Assembly (NCBI GenBank): GCA_000165345.1
Contig: CM000431.1
Span: 576,001 to 640,000 of the forward strand
Length of the DNA: 64,000 nt
Reading direction: 5' to 3'
In this document: one piece after another, positions 49,450 to 61,456 of the stretch
Position numbering within the stretch: position 1 is the stretch's first letter
How the letters are laid out: every line of letters starts with the position of its first letter
Made by a program: the position numbers and the translations under genes
Notes under the pieces: model-generated
What the model saw: the letters and a program-made list of their open reading frames with translations, nothing else
Database searches by the model: none
Told to the model about the DNA's origin: nothing

Positions 49450-50519
49450 CTAAATCTTTTTTTTTAGTGCTCTTTCTCGGATATATTTGGTCTGTGATAT
49501 TCTTATTTTATTCCAAATTGGTCGAGGGATCATATTTGCCTGAATACAAAGTATCAAAAAGTAGTTACACTCTTTATTTTACTTACTATTAATAGTTGTA
49601 TTCGATGACCAAAATAAGGAACAACCGTCGAGTAAACCGATGGAGTTTTTTTAAGCATCTTTATAGATTCAACAGAAAACCTAAGAAACCAATCAAGATG
49701 CTATAAAAATAATAGCTTACTACTTACCTTTTTGTTGAAATTGTGAACAAGGTTTCTCTTTTGGCTTTTGATAGTTTAGTGGTAACTAGTAAAGGAGTAT
49801 GGCATTGGATTGTGATATTCTCGGACTCACATTCCGCTCGTAAACTTCTACATAGAGATTCGGCGACACTTTTTGTAGCGGCATACGCGGAATAGAGAGG
49901 GTCAGTCTGAAGCTGTGACGACCCACTTCCTATACACAAAATGGCTCCCCGATCCCTAAGCATATGCATTATTTATTTAGTAAAGTTTGAAAGCACTACT
50001 CACCTCTTTTTCATGTAGCTGTAAACAATGCGAGTCATCATTAATACAGACCTAACATTCACTTCTATTAATTCATTAATTAGATCCAAACTAGTCTCTT
50101 CAAAATATTGTGCATACGGATATGAGATGCCAACATTATTTATTAGAATCCCAACATCATCAATTGAATTCAAATATCCGCAAAAATTTGAGTAACAAGT
50201 CGGGTCAGTAAAATCCATTAAATAATACCTTATTTCTTGATTTGAATCTGGTTTTTTCAAGGATAGCAACTAGGGCAAGAATTAGTATTTTTGAAGCATA
50301 TTTAAAGCTTACCTCATTTACAACATTTTGCAGCTTTTCTCTATTTCTTCCTATTAAAATTAAGTTTAAATCTTCTTTAAACAATTCCTTTGCCATTGCT
50401 TTTCCAATTCCGTCGCTTGCGCCAGTTATAATTGCCCAACTTCCAAATGAAGTAAGTTTTTTCTCAGGTCTGTTGAGCAAGAGAAATAATTTGTTTATGG
50501 CCATAGAAAGATAATTCAT
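49450..50519 (-). CDS. Very-long-chain 3-ketoacyl-CoA reductase (HSD17B12/IFA38-type SDR of the ER fatty-acid elongase), 5 exons (50519..50313, 50269..50004, 49955..49728, 49680..49587, 49539..49450); introns 43, 48, 47, 47 nt
   Basis: Three track ORFs (50205..50540, 50000..50269, 49724..49969) plus two further exons assemble into a 294-aa protein colinear with human HSD17B12. Matches: WAIITGASDGIGKAMAKEL / WAVVTGSTDGIGKSYAEEL; VGILINNVGISYPY / IGILVNNVGMSYEY; GAILCIGSGSS...YSAYAATKS (YxxxK); HTPLLVTTKLSKAKRETL; C-terminal PIWNKIRISQTKYIREKALKK / PSWIYLKIVMNMNKSTRAHYLKK. Donors GAG|GTAAGC, AG|GTGAGT, AG|GTAAGT, ATA|GTAAGT. Confidence 0.8.
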
Positions 50520-50668
50520 TATTAATTTAATAAAATTCAAGCAAATAATTCCTGCTATTTTACTAATATTAACTCATTGCGGCAGGAATTTTACTTAAGC
50601 ATAAATTCATTTGATCTTTTTTTTCTTAATCTGGAAGATGTTAACATTTATTTTCATATACTTTAAAC

Positions 50669-51034
50669 TTACTTTAGATCTTCTAATTCTGTCTCTTGAA
50701 CCTTAACAAAAAGGCAAGTGCAACATTTATACAAGATTATCAAAGTCATCCCCAATATAACCAACGACAACAAAACAAGACATAAATAAATCCACCATGG
50801 CCATGCTGATGCACAAATATTTGACATGGTATTTTGTCGGCAAGATGTAATTGAATCCACTTTTGATGTACAGAAAAATTCTGAACTACTCGAAACTTTA
50901 CAAGGCGAACAAAACTTAGAAAGCTGGCATTCGCCACAAGACTTAATTGATCTGCAAATATTAAATATATCGACTTCGGTCAATTCATTGCGACCGAAGG
51001 CAGAAGTTCTATTCACTAAGATGCTGCTACTCAT
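50669..51034 (-). CDS. Hypothetical small Cys-rich protein with a C-terminal transmembrane helix
   Basis: CGECQLSKFCSPCKVSS...; TM WPWWIYLCLVLLSLVILGMTLIILY; short Cys-rich tail. The track ORF extends to 51100 from a TTG; the first ATG is at 51034. No family recognised. Confidence 0.4.
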   Translation of the reverse strand: MSSSILVNRTSAFGRNELTEVDIFNICRSIKSCGECQLSKFCSPCKVSSSSEFFCTSKVDSITSCRQNTMSNICASAWPWWIYLCLVLLSLVILGMTLIILYKCCTCLFVKVQETELEDLK

Positions 51035-51055
51035 GTTTATTTTAAAAAAATTTAT

Positions 51056-51064
51056 GGGGGGGGG
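51056..51064. repeat. G9 homopolymer (C9 on the minus strand)
   Basis: tttatgggggggggtgaagc. It lies in the 5' region of the Cys-rich TM protein gene, and is coding (PPP) if the upstream TTG-initiated frame were used. Confidence 0.9.
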
Positions 51065-51133
51065 TGAAGCAAGATTCAATACCGCAGATAAAATATACAA
51101 TTAGCTGAAAATCTATGTAAAACAAAATTCAAA

Positions 51134-52279
51134 CTAAGAACTAACTATAGGTTTGTTTTTCTTCTTCTTCTTCACTGAAAGTGGAGTTGAAAGAATTGAA
51201 TTAATTTCTTCATCAGTTACCTTGAATTCCGAGTCACAAATATTTTCCTGTGTGAATTGTAGGCCGGAAATGCGTTTTGAACCATTTGGAAGCAGTAGAA
51301 GTGTACATTTAAAGCTCGCAACGTACTCACCTTGTCTCTCTGTTATTACAGGGTATGAATACAAAAGGTTATGTCTAATGCATTCAGAAACTCCCAATCT
51401 TGCAACCTTTTCATCTGATATCATATTTAACGAAAACGGTAATGTAGGGAATCTTTTGTTAACTTCACTTAGAAATTGCCTTGGAATCGGGCTTTTCAAG
51501 TTATAGTTAGTTTCAATAGCGCGTTTAAAAACTGTGCTTCTGTAATCAGACTCCCTGGGAACGCCTTCTCCACTGCTTACTAGAATATCCAATCCATAAA
51601 CTTCATTTTCCTCGAATGTGAATTCATCAACTTTTTCATCTAGTGTCTCTTTTGAAATGATTACACGATTTCCATCAATAACATGTCTTTTTAGCTGATG
51701 TGACAAAACTCCCTGAACCATATTGCAGTTAAATTCCTTAACAGTCTTGTTAAGCATAGATGTTACATATGTGTTAGTGTTTCCAGGTTTTACAGTTCGA
51801 ATAGCCACTTCCATCGCAGTATTTGCTGCCTTTAAAACATCCGCTTGTTTTCCTGAAATACGTTCAGTCCCAATAACAATGGAATGCGAGCAAATACTAA
51901 TGAATCCATCTATATGAGCGCCGAGGTCAATCTTAATTAAGTCACCATTCTTTAACTTTAGGCTTTCTGCAGGCAAAGGGGAAAAATTGCCACAAATTTC
52001 ATTTACAGAAATGCACGTAGGAAATGCAATACCCTTATCCAATTTCCTGCCACCCTCTTTTTTGTTATAAACTGAACTTGACTTCTCCTCGATCATAGAG
52101 TCGCTTTTCCTGCAAATTTCTGAGATATCTGCGCCATCCAAACATAATGTTATTACATACTGAAGCGTTGAATTTACTATCTCCGCTGCTGTATAGTATT
52201 TAGTAACAACCTCTGAATTGGATATTGACTCAGAAATGCAAAAGTCGTCTACGTTCTCAAGCCCTTCTTGTTTTGACAT
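51134..52279 (-). CDS. PA2G4: Proliferation-associated protein 2G4 (EBP1)-like, M24 (methionine-aminopeptidase) fold
   Basis: VVTKYYTAAEIVN..., KGIAFPTCISVNEICGNFSPL, NGDLIKIDLGAHIDGFI, VYGLDILVSSGEG, GEYVASFKCTLLLLPNG; colinear with human PA2G4. Lys-rich C-terminus. Confidence 0.8.
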   Translation of the reverse strand: MSKQEGLENVDDFCISESISNSEVVTKYYTAAEIVNSTLQYVITLCLDGADISEICRKSDSMIEEKSSSVYNKKEGGRKLDKGIAFPTCISVNEICGNFSPLPAESLKLKNGDLIKIDLGAHIDGFISICSHSIVIGTERISGKQADVLKAANTAMEVAIRTVKPGNTNTYVTSMLNKTVKEFNCNMVQGVLSHQLKRHVIDGNRVIISKETLDEKVDEFTFEENEVYGLDILVSSGEGVPRESDYRSTVFKRAIETNYNLKSPIPRQFLSEVNKRFPTLPFSLNMISDEKVARLGVSECIRHNLLYSYPVITERQGEYVASFKCTLLLLPNGSKRISGLQFTQENICDSEFKVTDEEINSILSTPLSVKKKKKNKPIVSS

Positions 52280-52330
52280 TTTTCGTTTAAATAAAAAAAA
52301 ACTAATACAACTAACTTACTCGTCTTATCA

Positions 52331-52338
52331 TTTCCCGC
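52331..52338. promoter_or_regulatory. TTTCCCGC (reverse complement of GCGGGAAA) E2F-like box upstream of PA2G4
   Basis: About 55 nt upstream of the PA2G4 ATG (minus strand). Confidence 0.3.
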
Positions 52339-52557
52339 TGCAAACATTTTGTAAAAAACATACTATCAAATACTTAAATTGAACATTAGTTGTTCAAGAT
52401 TCAAAGCAACAATGGTTTATAACATTTGGCTTTAAAGTTTGACTTATTAATAAGGCTATTCTCATAAGATACCTTTGTTTGTAATGATGAGGCTAACCCT
52501 ATTTCTAAAATTAATTATGTATTCCGTAGGAATGGTCAGCTAAGTTTGAGTTGTATC

Positions 52558-55186
52558 TCAATTTTTTTTTTTGCGAATAGGCCTTTTTTGATGCTCTTTG
52601 TGTTGTTTGGATAAATTGTCAAAGTCATTATACTCAAATAACTCTGATATCTCCTTGGGAATTTCATCAATATTAGCGTTATTTTTGGAATCGGGATCAG
52701 CCGTTTCTTTTATCGTGTTGTCTTCAAAATTGTCCACAATATCTACTCCTTTATCCAAACATTGAAACTTGTGACTGTGAAATTTTCTCTTTTCGCATGT
52801 AAAATAAGATTTTAAGTCATGATCAGCGGTTAAACCTGAATGTGTATTGGATGATAAAATGTTTGAACCATTTTTTCTGCAGTTATTTAAAGATTGAGTA
52901 GATTTAGATAATAATTTAAATGATTCGAGCATTCTAGAAAAAACTCTGCATTTCGAGCCTCTAGATGCCTTAAGGTTCAAATTACAAATTACAACAATAT
53001 AGTTCTCAAGTAAATATTTTAAAATTAACTGAATATTATTTCTGCATATAAAGTCAAGCATTTCAATTACCACGCTTTCCAATATTGAACCCTCTCCTCT
53101 ATTTCTTGGCACCTTTAATTGGTCCATTATTAAGAAAATGTACTTAAAAATATCATGTTTAGTGAATAGACGGTAATAAAAGTCGTCTCGAGTTCCCAGG
53201 CAAGTTCTCAAGAATTTAATAACTGAAATAGAAAAAATTTTATGAAATGGTCGAGTAGCGATACGTAGCAATTTTCTTGGCAATTGATTTTGAAGGATTT
53301 TGTATTTAATTCTGTAGTTGTGTTCTTGTACGCAAGTTGCGAGAATATCGCAAAATAATACTCTTGCAGAATACAATGGATTGAATTCAGTAAAAATTAA
53401 AGAGTCGTTGAGCAAGCTATCTATTAATCTGTCTAGAATGCCCATATCATAAAATAAAGAGAGTGAATCATCTCTTTCTGGAACATCCATAGTCTTAGGG
53501 TCCAATATTCGTTTAAAAATTGCACAAATTTGCATTTGGATGCTCTCACTCCTTGAATTAATAAAAATTTCGCATAGAGTTCCCCATAGTGAATGAAATA
53601 AGTTAGATTTGTCGGATAAATTTTCCATTTCTTTAATGCTTTCTTTTGGACTATTTTGAAGAGCATCATCAGCATATAAAATATCGACATTCGAGCCATA
53701 TATATTAGTTTCTTTATGAACTTTAAAATATTGAGAAGTTGATTCATGAATAGCGTGTCTCAAAAGACCAGGATTAATTTCGCAAACCATTGAATATATT
53801 TCAACTGCTAAATCAATTGGCCTTATATTAGAATAATTTATGAATGATAAATCATTAGTATTTGAAAAATTTTTATGATCATCATTTGAAGTGGATAATT
53901 CTAACATCTGCCTAGCTCCAATACAATTTTCATTTAAATATCCACAAAACTCACATAAAATATTGTTAACTTTAAGATTTATGAATATTTGATGTCGTTC
54001 ATAAATCGAAAGCATTGGGTTTTGTTTTAAAACCGTCAATACTGCATGAATAAATTTTGCAACAAGAAAGTTTTTCTGAATGTTTTCCTTGAGATATTTC
54101 CAAATATCGCTTGTAGTTACGATCATACTAATTATCGATGAAAAATTATTATTAATTATTGTTGCTATTCTTTGAAGGCTTTGCTCATCAAGATGCCTAG
54201 GCATAACAACATCTCTTAAATACATTAACCTATAGTTAAGATGAATTGTTCGAACTTCTGGTAAAGGAACAACACTGTGAAATTTAACATTTTCTAAAAA
54301 CTTCTTGTGAGAAAATTTTATTTTATAATTTTCCAATGTCTCGTCATATTCGCAAGCTTTAAAAAATTTTAAATAATATTCATCGCTTAATAAGATTTCA
54401 AATACTTCATTGAAGCTACTGTAGAAAACTATTATTCTACGAAGTACTTGGAATATTTTATGTAGCCCAATCAAATCAGAATTTTGTTCAAATTCTTCCA
54501 TTAGATTAAAAAGTGAATCAAAAAATTCTCTACTTAATAGATCCATAACAATATTTTCAGAATTAATATTGGAATCAAGTTCTAGATCATCAATTATTTG
54601 ATCTATATTACTTGAAGTTGGCCTCTCTAATAGTGAATAGCCCGTACTTTCTTCTGGTAATTCTGCTTCTAATAGGTCAACGCACAGATGCGGAACTAAA
54701 GAAGTGATCATGTTCCATATTGAATTACAACTTTCTGAATGCTGGAAACTTAATGCCCTGTATAGATCTGAATTTAGTCCATCCTGCCAAGTAATAATAC
54801 TTTCTTTTTGATGGCAATACTCTCGATTCAAGTCAATAGGAGTGTTTACTAATTTAACTATATTATAGTTTTCTATTTCTAGTAAATCCTCAATATTTTT
54901 TCTTTGTGAGTGCAGTTCTTTCTCAAAATTTGGATCTTCGTCACTTAAGACCTAAAAAAGTAAATAAAAAAACGGTTATTTATATTAAGCTTACCAAAAT
55001 ATTAAACTTATCATTATCCTTGTTTAATTTTAAAAAGCCAGTTCCGCAGTCAATCCAGTTACCATTTTCAGGATTTACTTCGTAAAGTTTAACCCTACGG
55101 TATTCCAATGGCCATGCATTAAAACAATAAACTTTATGCTCTGGGATTGAAATGTTTTTTATAGACTCCAGCTCTGAAAAAGCCAT
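52558..55186 (-). CDS. Protein phosphatase 4 regulatory subunit 3 (SMEK/Psy2/falafel), 2 exons (55186..54995, 54951..52558); 43-nt intron
   Basis: EVH1-like N-terminus RRVKLYEVNPENGNWIDCGTGFL (compare SMEK [22 protein letters not shown]) in track ORF 54980..55186, joined by TTG|GTAAGC...CTTTTTTAG|GTC to the main ORF. SMEK core similarity: IITWQDGLNSDLYRALSFQ; armadillo-like remainder. Confidence 0.75.
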
Positions 55187-55648
55187 AATTTGTCCATTTT
55201 ATACAGAAATAAATTAACTATGCGGCATGCTTGTAAAAAAAAGGGTGACAAACATTCGAATAAATTATGTGAGATTTTACATTACTTTAATTCGGAAGCT
55301 TTACCATAAATCAGAAGATAATTTTTGGCGTTATATCATAATTTAGCTCAATATAAACTATCCATGAATTCCTACAAGTCTAACAAAAAAACGTATAAAT
55401 AAATACATATTTAAATTGCAATTACACGAAAATAAACTAATTTTAAATTGAAAAATATAGAAAGATAGAAGCTATCTGAAAATATAGTAAATTATCAAAG
55501 CTGGACAATCACTTGAAGCTTTATCGATAAAACTTCTTTCGTTGAGGTGAGCACATTTCGAGAATGTCAATGATCAAAGCATAATGATTTGAGCGGCCCA
55601 AAATCTCATTTGAAAATTTATGTTTAATGAACTAATCACCTAAACGGA

Positions 55649-58600
55649 TTATGAATGATTCTTGTTTTCTAAAAATAGTTTGATCTGATCTTTAAGGCAT
55701 GTCTGAGGTATTAATTCATCCTTTGTAAGAGGAAGCCTATTAAATGGGTCTACGCCATCAGATATCAATATTCTTTCAATTACTTTTCTATCCATTATTT
55801 TTGAAGACGTTGGAAGTAATACAGGATCTTGCATAATATCCTGCATAATTGGGTCCAGAAATTCCTCCGGTATGTCTGTTTCGTCTATATTAGTCATACT
55901 CTGTCCAACTTCATTCTCTTCAAGCTCTTTCTGCAAATATTTGACAAGTTGGTTAAAGCAATCAGATTTACTTTTATTCATCAATCCTTCTCTTCGAGCA
56001 ATATGGTGTGCCTTTACAAAAGTATGAATCTTAAAATACCTCTGTTCATTTATTATTTCCAAAATCAAAATTTTAGAAAAATCTGTCTCCATTGGCTTAC
56101 ATTCAACTTTAGAATTAAATGCAAGAGTGACATAGGTCATGCAAACATTAGCCAATAGTTGCCTGGGATTAAAATTATAAGCATCGAAATTGCTTACTTT
56201 CAGTTCTAAGCACTTTGGTCCCACTAGCCGATCAAGTGTACAATTCAAGCAAGTCACAATTTGAGGCAGTATTAGTGGGGAGTCTAATATTTCAAAAGTA
56301 TAATATTCCGTAATTTTTTGCAATAAACTCGCCGACGCATGTGAAAGTTGCATATAACCTTTGCATGCATGTTCTAATCTTTCTATAGGCATTTCTTCGA
56401 TTGTACTCTCTATTTCTTCATGATTAGAACTTCTTGATTCATTGTTGGAGTTACCAAACTCATTATTATTAATACTAATAGAATTAGGAACTTGATTGCG
56501 CTTTGACTCTCTCTTTTTTATCTCTGCTAGCATTGAAAGTCCCTCCTCAAGTAGATAGTTCAGATCTGAAACGAGTAAATGAATAAATTTAGTAAATGAT
56601 TCATCTCTCTGTTTAATAAATTTATGTAACCTTTCTCTGTGCAAGTCCACTTTTAATAGAGACTCAAATAACATGATAATAGGTAATCTCAACGAGAACC
56701 GATCAAAGTATGGTGACTTTTGTACATCATTGAAAAGAGAAATTAAAGCTGGAAGAATATACTCTGCAGTAAAATCACTAGCTTCTATTCGATGCCTAAA
56801 TTGAGGAATCTGAAGAAGGTAGTGTATCCCAATTACACCTCTTTGGCACCTAATGTGAGGATTTTTGAAATAGTTTCCATAATTTATTATAAAAATAACG
56901 AATGAAATATATGAATCAAAATCGAAACCAATCAAAATTTCGTCGTTGCCCTTAATTCTTAACAATAGCTCAGTAACTGATAATACATCTTCAATTAAGC
57001 AAGATGGGAGCGATGAAAACTGTGGTGAAGGCTTACTAGATGGAGCAGTTGACTTAAGCGCTACTGCGATTCGGCCTTGTTTAGAAGCTAGTAATGTATT
57101 CCTATCACAATTCTCAACCCCATTTTCATCAAAAGAATAAATTGTTCTAAAAATAAATTGAATAAATAGAGATAAAAAATGCCAAAATGCGGAAATAGTG
57201 TTTTGATGGAAAACTGCGCATTCAAATGATAATGCCTCGCAGCTTAATTGCTCAAGATGATGGTCATTCTTATATTTATGCCCAGAAGTGAGTCCGCTTC
57301 TATAGTCATTTAAATCATTTAGAATACTCTCATATTCAAGTAATACTGGCTGCATAAAACATTTGATTGATTTACACGAAATCCAAAATATTTGAGTTGG
57401 GAATTTGATAAAGTCTTGATATTTTAGATTAATTTGATTTAAATCACTCAATTTCTTCTTTGTTAAATTTAATGCAATTTCCACCTGGTCTTTCTCGCCA
57501 AGAGTTGCATCATTTACTAAATCTCCTAAAAGATTATGAACCTCATTGCAAATATCATTTAATTGGTTAAATCTCCCGTACATATGAAAAAAACAGTCTA
57601 GTTCTGAAACCTTTTCAATCTTAACTGGCTGTAATAGTCTCAACACTATGTGTAAATAATTAATTGAAAATCCACTCGTTGAAAGACCAGAAGTTCTCAT
57701 TATTAGAGAGCGTAAGTTGTGTTGAATTTCTCGTGAATTTTGGATATTTCCAAACATTGACAAATCTGGTATTGAATTGTATATTTTTGATTTATCTTCA
57801 TTTGAAGTACATATAATGCCCATCCATTTTATTACCATTCTTCTACATTCTGTGCTTGCTTTAAGCATATTTTTTATTACTAGAGCTGAATGTTCATATA
57901 CCAACGAAAGATCTTGTTTAATCAGCATCTTACTTTGATTGATATAAGAATGAGTCTTAGATAACAATCCTGAAAAATATTTCATAATGGTAGGGTTTAC
58001 ATTTGTTTTGAAATCTTTGTCTATTGGATTTGGGCTAATAATACAACCCAAGAGAGAGTTTTGCTGTTGAACCAAACCTGATGATACCTTCGTTCCTTGA
58101 TTTGTATTAGATGACTTAATAAATGAGGGGGTTTGTGTTAAAATAAATGTAGTTTGTTTGAATTGGCTGAGAAAGATAATATTTTTTATTGAATGAAGCT
58201 TTAAGTCAGTAAATTTTCTTTGTCTAATAATATCCATTTGTCTCTCAATATAGTCGGTGAAGGTAGAAACAAATAATTTAGGATCGTTACTTTCCATTTC
58301 TTGTATCAATGTGAGAAAAAATGAATTTGGAACTGAAATTTCAAATAGATCTGAGATTGCACACTCACTGTTACATACTATTTCGAAAAGTTCAGGGCAC
58401 TGAATTATTAATGCACAATATTTGGGGAAAAATTGAGCAAGGTTTGAAATCCTTTCATTAATTTCGATTTTCTTAGGAATTGAGCTCTCATTAATAAATT
58501 TGTTATATGAATCGATCAAAAACTGAAATGCTTTAATTCTAGGTTTATTATCTGTTGTCGAGAAAAAAATTTTCAATCTATGGAAGATAATATTCTCGAG

Positions 58601-58774
58601 ATCATCGAATAATAGTGCAACCTTCTTTTCTTGAATTAACAATTCATTCTTGTAATCACTCAAAAATATCCGCTTTGTTGATGGATTTTCAACGGGGTTG
58701 TCAGTACAAATCAGTGAAACCCCAAGAAGAGCACCAATGAGTGAATTTTCAATTTCCTCCTGATTAGTTAACAT
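55649..58774 (-). CDS. Ubiquitin conjugation factor E4 (Ufd2) with C-terminal U-box
   Basis: C-terminal U-box IPEEFLDPIMQDIMQDPVLLPTSSKIMDRKVIERILISDGVDPFNRLPLT. A ~1000-aa helical Ufd2-core-sized N-terminal part. Confidence 0.75.
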   Translation of the reverse strand: MLTNQEEIENSLIGALLGVSLICTDNPVENPSTKRIFLSDYKNELLIQEKKVALLFDDLENIIFHRLKIFFSTTDNKPRIKAFQFLIDSYNKFINESSIPKKIEINERISNLAQFFPKYCALIIQCPELFEIVCNSECAISDLFEISVPNSFFLTLIQEMESNDPKLFVSTFTDYIERQMDIIRQRKFTDLKLHSIKNIIFLSQFKQTTFILTQTPSFIKSSNTNQGTKVSSGLVQQQNSLLGCIISPNPIDKDFKTNVNPTIMKYFSGLLSKTHSYINQSKMLIKQDLSLVYEHSALVIKNMLKASTECRRMVIKWMGIICTSNEDKSKIYNSIPDLSMFGNIQNSREIQHNLRSLIMRTSGLSTSGFSINYLHIVLRLLQPVKIEKVSELDCFFHMYGRFNQLNDICNEVHNLLGDLVNDATLGEKDQVEIALNLTKKKLSDLNQINLKYQDFIKFPTQIFWISCKSIKCFMQPVLLEYESILNDLNDYRSGLTSGHKYKNDHHLEQLSCEALSFECAVFHQNTISAFWHFLSLFIQFIFRTIYSFDENGVENCDRNTLLASKQGRIAVALKSTAPSSKPSPQFSSLPSCLIEDVLSVTELLLRIKGNDEILIGFDFDSYISFVIFIINYGNYFKNPHIRCQRGVIGIHYLLQIPQFRHRIEASDFTAEYILPALISLFNDVQKSPYFDRFSLRLPIIMLFESLLKVDLHRERLHKFIKQRDESFTKFIHLLVSDLNYLLEEGLSMLAEIKKRESKRNQVPNSISINNNEFGNSNNESRSSNHEEIESTIEEMPIERLEHACKGYMQLSHASASLLQKITEYYTFEILDSPLILPQIVTCLNCTLDRLVGPKCLELKVSNFDAYNFNPRQLLANVCMTYVTLAFNSKVECKPMETDFSKILILEIINEQRYFKIHTFVKAHHIARREGLMNKSKSDCFNQLVKYLQKELEENEVGQSMTNIDETDIPEEFLDPIMQDIMQDPVLLPTSSKIMDRKVIERILISDGVDPFNRLPLTKDELIPQTCLKDQIKLFLENKNHS

Positions 58775-58807
58775 AGAAATTAATTTCTATTTTACATAAT
58801 TAAATCC

Positions 58808-58815
58808 TGCGCGCA
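58808..58815. promoter_or_regulatory. TGCGCGCA box followed by long A tracts, upstream of the UFD2 gene
   Basis: cctgcgcgcaaaaaaaaaagagaaaaaaaaaaaaag, about 35 nt upstream of the UFD2 ATG (minus strand). Confidence 0.3.
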
Positions 58816-59277
58816 AAAAAAAAAGAGAAAAAAAAAAAAAGAAAAAACATAGCTTTACTATTAATTTATTTTTCTAAAAAATGTCTTGGTGTTTATTAGT
58901 CAATCCCAATTATTTAATGAACTAATACATTGGAAATTATTTAAAATATAGAACACTAGTGATTAAGTTAAATTAAAAATTAAAGGAAATCACTAAATCT
59001 CATATCTAACTTAAATATTGATTTAATTTTGATATATTATTTATTCACCTGAAATTTTAAATTTGTAAAACACGTAATTAAAAAAATAGTGGCTACCGCT
59101 AATGCATTGTGACGTGCAATTAATAATTAACACGTAAATAAGATTTTTTACCCCTTTCCTTCATCGCTATTAATTTGAAAAGAATGTGTAATTGTGAATA
59201 ATATGTAAGTTTTGTGATAGTTTTGTGGTTTGATATACTCTTATTTAAAACAAGTAATGAGAACTTAAATAAAAAAA

Positions 59278-60640
59278 ATGAGTGTAAATAAAAATATTTT
59301 ATTCCCATGTATGAAAAAGGCGGAATGCAACATCTTTTGTCCAAATGAAGTTTTGAGAGAAAATATTAACTCTTATGGATCTATAGAAATTATGGATAAA
59401 ATATCAATTTTTCACATTCCTAGTCCACAAAATAACCAAAAGCCAAAAAAAATATTCGTTACTAGAAAAGAATGCTGTAAACTACTTGATATTTCAATAG
59501 ATGAATATTTATTCATTAATCAAAATTTGTGTGGATTGAAACCAATAATTAAATGCACTGGAAAGATCATTATTAAAATGTCCGTTACAAGTGTTATCAT
59601 TGCATGCAAAGATGTTTGGATTCTTAATCCGGAAAATAGCAAAACATTAGAGATCATTGAAAGGCTATTAGAGTGCACAGGATATAATATTTCGGTAGAC
59701 AACAACACTCCCAGTACAAAAGTTTCATTTGCAGATGGTATCAGCAAAGAATTCATTTCTCCTTTGGTAGAAAATTATAATTATAATTCTAGTTTAGAAT
59801 GTACTCGCAATAATTTTGAAGAAACAGAACATGCACTTTCGAGCTCAATATTAAGTACATTTACTGATATAAATACTTTGGATAATTCACATGAGTATAA
59901 AAGACAGGAATCAATCGAATGCTCTATTTCAAGTGCTACCCAAGAAAAGAATATTGATATCTACAATTACAGGTTTATTCCCACAATCAACAAAGATTAT
60001 TACTCTCATTCATTTGCTGCTGTATGCATAGAGATAGGATTAGAAGTACTAAATAAAGAATTAATTGAAAGTATTAATTGCACAAAAAATGAAGTACTAA
60101 AAAGTTGTAATATATTAATAAAGAGCAGTAAATGGTACAAATACCCTTGGAGATTTACCTTTAGTGACTTTACAAATAAAAAAATGATATCTAAGTCAGT
60201 AAACGTAAGTTTTTTCTCGTAGATTAACAATATATTGATTCCATATTTAGACGTTAGAAATTACCACTTCTATATTAATAGATTGCTTAAAGGAAATTTT
60301 GGAAGAGATTAAACAAATTAGACAAAAAGATGGAGACGAATTAGTTATTTGTATTGAAGAATGGGAAGACATTTTACACCGTTACATCCCAGCAATATAC
60401 TTGGCATCCAAAGAATTAACAGAAGTCAAATCCTCAATTACATTCAGTGACGAATTGTCAAAGGTATATCTCGACTTCCAGAGAAACGAATACATGTACA
60501 CAAACTTAAAGATCTCGCTACTTACATTATCGTGTAGCATCACCTCAGTAATTACAGGTAAGAGTGATTTTGCAAATATTAATAAAAAGTTAATTAGCCT
60601 CACAAGGAATATTCGGAATGAATCTTCTCAGTGGAATTGA
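59278..60640 (+). CDS. Hypothetical protein (~438 aa), 2 exons (59278..60204, 60251..60640); 46-nt intron
   Basis: Track ORFs 59278..60222 and 60299..60640 are joined in frame by AAC|GTAAGT...CCATATTTAG|ACG. No family recognised. Confidence 0.5.
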
Positions 60641-60890
60641 ACACGACCCTATAGCTTGGTACGTCGTCACATTCTTAGTTGTCACCCCAATAATATTATG
60701 GGGAGTGAGTTGTTGGTTTACAGGAGCGATGTGTAAACGCGAAATAAACTACATAAGCCACAACCAAAAGGGAAGATAAAAAAAAAAATTAGAATACACT
60801 AGAATAATAGTGCTTGGGTGAATATCAAACTATTTGTGGTCATTCAATATTAATACAGACTCCCACAAAAATACTACGGTAGAATAGATT

Positions 60891-61352
60891 TTACCTTTTC
60901 TTTGCAGCTGCGGCTGCCCTGCTACCACGGCCAGTAGTTTTAGTATGCTGGCCTCTAACTCTAACACCCCAATGGTGACGAAGACCCCTATGGCTTCTAA
61001 TCTTCTTAAGACGCTCCAAATCCTCACGTAGAGATGCTTCTAGATTGTTTGAAGTAATATGCTTATATTTCCCATCCTTGACATCTTTTTGTCTATTAAG
61101 CATGTAAGAGGGAATGTTAAACTGCAGAGGATTTGCTACAATTGCTACAATTCTGTTAATTTCTTCTTGAGATAACTGCCCTGCTCTCTTCGAGAGATTT
61201 ACATCGGCTTTTTTACAAACAATATTCGAAAAGCGTCTACCGATACCTTTGATTGCTGTAAGAGCATACATAATTTTTTGACGCCCATCAACATTCGTAT
61301 TCATAATACGAAGGATGTGCTGAAAATCTTGATCCATTATTTGCAGTGACAT
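60891..61352 (-). CDS. RPS18: 40S ribosomal protein S18 (uS13)
   Basis: [40 protein letters not shown]...[21 protein letters not shown] is near-identical to eukaryotic RPS18. Confidence 0.9.
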   Translation of the reverse strand: MSLQIMDQDFQHILRIMNTNVDGRQKIMYALTAIKGIGRRFSNIVCKKADVNLSKRAGQLSQEEINRIVAIVANPLQFNIPSYMLNRQKDVKDGKYKHITSNNLEASLREDLERLKKIRSHRGLRHHWGVRVRGQHTKTTGRGSRAAAAAKKR

Positions 61353-61456
61353 CTTTCAAAAATATCGAATAAAACTGAAGTTTCAATAACTGGAGACGAA
61401 AGAAAAATCACGTCTTAGCGCAAAATGTCTAATTTAAATGCTAAACCCGCATTTTG

